Positions 62,378 to 64,000 of a DNA stretch of 64,000 bases are shown here, piece after piece. The stretch covers positions 1,688 through 65,687 of the forward strand of contig JANQHK010000087.1 in NCBI GenBank assembly GCA_028282685.1, in the 5' to 3' direction. How positions within the stretch are numbered: position 1 is the stretch's first letter; each line of letters begins with the position of its first letter. Source of the stretch: Phycisphaeraceae bacterium (GTDB taxonomy: Bacteria > Planctomycetota > Phycisphaerae > Phycisphaerales > Zrk34). The notes beneath the pieces were generated by a model, which was given only the letters and a program-made list of their open reading frames with translations, made no database searches and had not been told where the DNA came from. Position numbers and translations under genes: made by a program.

Positions 62378-63024
62378 GGTGCTGCTACTTCGTCGTCGCC
62401 GTGGTGGCGCTGGTCATTTTCGCCCCGGGATAGTTGCCGCCGCAGCGCCAGTCGCCCTCGGAATAATCGGCTTTTCACCGTGCCCACCGGAAGATCCAGC
62501 ACTTCGGCAATCTCCCGATAATCCATCTCCTGCAAGTCCCGCAGCAGGATCACGCTTTTTAGATTTTCGTCCAGACCGTCGAGCGTGCGGATCATCCGGT
62601 CGACCTGTTCACTGGTTTGGACGCGATCGGCGGGATTCGGTTCCGTCGAATCGGCCATCAACTGGCTCAAAGGCACGGCCCCACCGTCATCCAGACCGGA
62701 AATCGGGTTATCCAGACTCGTCGCCCGACGCACTTTACGCTTGCGCAGGTGCGAAATTGACAAATTCACCACGATGCGGAACAGCCAGGTGGAAAAACGG
62801 CTCTTTCCGGTAAATCGACCGACATGTTCGATCGCCCGGGCCATGGCCTCCTGGGTGATATCGGCCGCATCTTCGGGGTGGCCCAGCATCCGCAGGCAGT
62901 GGTGGTAGACCCGCTTGTGGTACGCCCCGAGCAACTCACCCATCGCTCCACGATCGCCCTGCTGGACCTGACGGACCAGTTGGCGCTCGCGTTCGATGCT
63001 CAATCGCATGGGTTGGGCGGTCAT
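62374..63024 (-). CDS. ECF-type RNA polymerase sigma-70 factor
   Basis: ORF 62374..63120, with the start moved to ATG 63024 (63009 also possible) because a promoter candidate lies inside the longer version. Region 2 is DAADITQEAMARAIEHVGRF...STWLFRIVVN. Region 4 is ILLRDLQEMDYREIAEVLDLPVGTVKSRLFRGR. Confidence 0.9.
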   Translation of the reverse strand: MTAQPMRLSIERERQLVRQVQQGDRGAMGELLGAYHKRVYHHCLRMLGHPEDAADITQEAMARAIEHVGRFTGKSRFSTWLFRIVVNLSISHLRKRKVRRATSLDNPISGLDDGGAVPLSQLMADSTEPNPADRVQTSEQVDRMIRTLDGLDENLKSVILLRDLQEMDYREIAEVLDLPVGTVKSRLFRGRLALRRQLSRGENDQRHHGDDEVAAP

Positions 63025-63091
63025 ATCGGCGGCTCGGCCGCGGCGGGGCCCCCACGGCGGCGGTCGGGTGTCGAAACAGGCCTCGGATGGT

Positions 63092-63120
63092 ACTATGACC
63101 GCTGAAAGTCGGTCGGTCAA
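63092..63120 (-). promoter_or_regulatory. sigma70-type promoter candidate for the ECF sigma/anti-sigma operon
   Basis: On the minus strand there is TTGACC (63120-63115), a 17-nt spacer, then CATAGT (63097-63092). Confidence 0.3.
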
Positions 63121-63155
63121 TAGATTTACCCTCTTGCCCCTCCTTGGGTTCGCGT

Positions 63156-64000
63156 ATGAACAATCACGACACGTATATTTCTTCGCTGGCCACCCGCCAT
63201 GCCTCCCCGGCCATGCAGGCGATCTGGAGTCCGCGACGAAAGCACTCCACCTGGCGCCGACTCTGGCTGGCCCTGGCCGAAGCCGAGCAGGAACTGGGCC
63301 TGCAAATTACAGACGAACAGCTCGATGAACTGCGCCAGCACCTGGACGACATCGATTTCGACGCCGCGGCGAAATACGAAAAGCAACTGCGTCACGATGT
63401 GATGGCCCACATTCATACACTGGGAGACCAGGCGCCCAAGGCCCGACCGATCATTCACCTCGGAGCCACCAGCCAGTTCGTCAACTGCAACACCGAACTG
63501 ATCCTCATCCGCGAATCGCTGACTCTGGTGGCGAACAAACTGGCCAACGCCATCGACTCCCTGGGCAGGTTCGCCGCCGAACACCGGGATCTGCCGACGC
63601 TGGGCTTCACGCATTTTCAGCCGGCCCAGCCGACCACCGTCGGCAAGCGCGCCACGCTATGGGCAGCGGAGCTGGTCATGGCGCTGGAGGAGATCGAACA
63701 TCGACTGGCCACGTTGCGGTTCCGCGGCGTGAAGGGGGCGACGGGCACGCAGGCCTCGTTCCTGGCACTGTTCAACGGCGACCACCAGAAAGTCGAGCAA
63801 CTCGACCGGCGCGTCGCGGAGAAAATGGGGTGGCAAGCGGACATGACGTTTCATGTCACCGGGCAGACGTACCCGCGCCTGCTGGACGGCCTGATTGCCG
63901 GGGCGCTGTCGGCCGGTGCGGCCGCCGCCGCCAAGTTCGCCGCCGACATGCGTCTGTTGGCCAACCGCAAGGAACTGGAAGAACCCTTCGAGGCCACGCA
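63156..64000 (+). CDS. purB: adenylosuccinate lyase, N-terminal ~281 codons (3' end outside the window)
   Basis: This ORF is not in the ORF track because no stop lies in the window. My own translation from ATG 63156 reads [49 protein letters not shown]...[13 protein letters not shown]...[10 protein letters not shown]...[20 protein letters not shown]...[14 protein letters not shown]. These are the fumarate-lyase family and PurB hallmarks. Confidence 0.93.
   Translation, partial: MNNHDTYISSLATRHASPAMQAIWSPRRKHSTWRRLWLALAEAEQELGLQITDEQLDELRQHLDDIDFDAAAKYEKQLRHDVMAHIHTLGDQAPKARPIIHLGATSQFVNCNTELILIRESLTLVANKLANAIDSLGRFAAEHRDLPTLGFTHFQPAQPTTVGKRATLWAAELVMALEEIEHRLATLRFRGVKGATGTQASFLALFNGDHQKVEQLDRRVAEKMGWQADMTFHVTGQTYPRLLDGLIAGALSAGAAAAAKFAADMRLLANRKELEEPFEAT

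Overview
This is a high-G+C (about 63% in coding lines I hand-counted), almost fully coding 64-kb bacterial chromosomal segment, made up mainly of housekeeping genes. The gene content suggests a Planctomycetota/PVC-type genome, but that is inference only. The supporting genes are five DUF1080 domains in three genes, a formylglycine-type sulfatase, a PEP-CTERM subtilase, a serpin, a Sel1-repeat lipoprotein, an ECF sigma/anti-sigma pair and LPS genes. Recognised blocks are: typA; an MsbA-like ABC exporter preceded by a GroES-like gene; apt; mfd; pyrD; smc; rpsD; purA-uppS; cdsA-hpt-gpsA; rplKAJL-rpoBC; a family-4 UDG; rplU; dnaN; thrC; LOG; and purB. There is also a co-directional envelope string: DUF6485-like, GT9 heptosyltransferase, maf, lpxK, hldE, cmoA-like and an FkbM methyltransferase. 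I found no rRNA, tRNA, CRISPR array, transposase, integrase or phage gene. CDS coordinates include the stop codon, as in the ORF track. Many starts were moved downstream of the ORF-track start to the first start codon consistent with conserved N-termini or signal peptides. The many long ORFs antisense to rpoB, rpoC, mfd, smc and others are treated as high-GC shadow ORFs. I see no obvious multi-gene defence or mobile system. The most unusual leads are: (1) a CmoA-type carboxy-SAM synthase homologue translationally coupled to an FkbM methyltransferase rather than CmoB, at the end of the LPS string; (2) a lipidated FlgI (P-ring)-like protein with a helical insertion, outside any flagellar context; (3) a serpin / PEP-CTERM subtilase pair; (4) a ~0.8-kb low-GC island with an orphan gene downstream of dnaN; (5) a GroES-like gene coupled to an ABC exporter; (6) two long inverted repeats that each begin on the last base of a stop codon.
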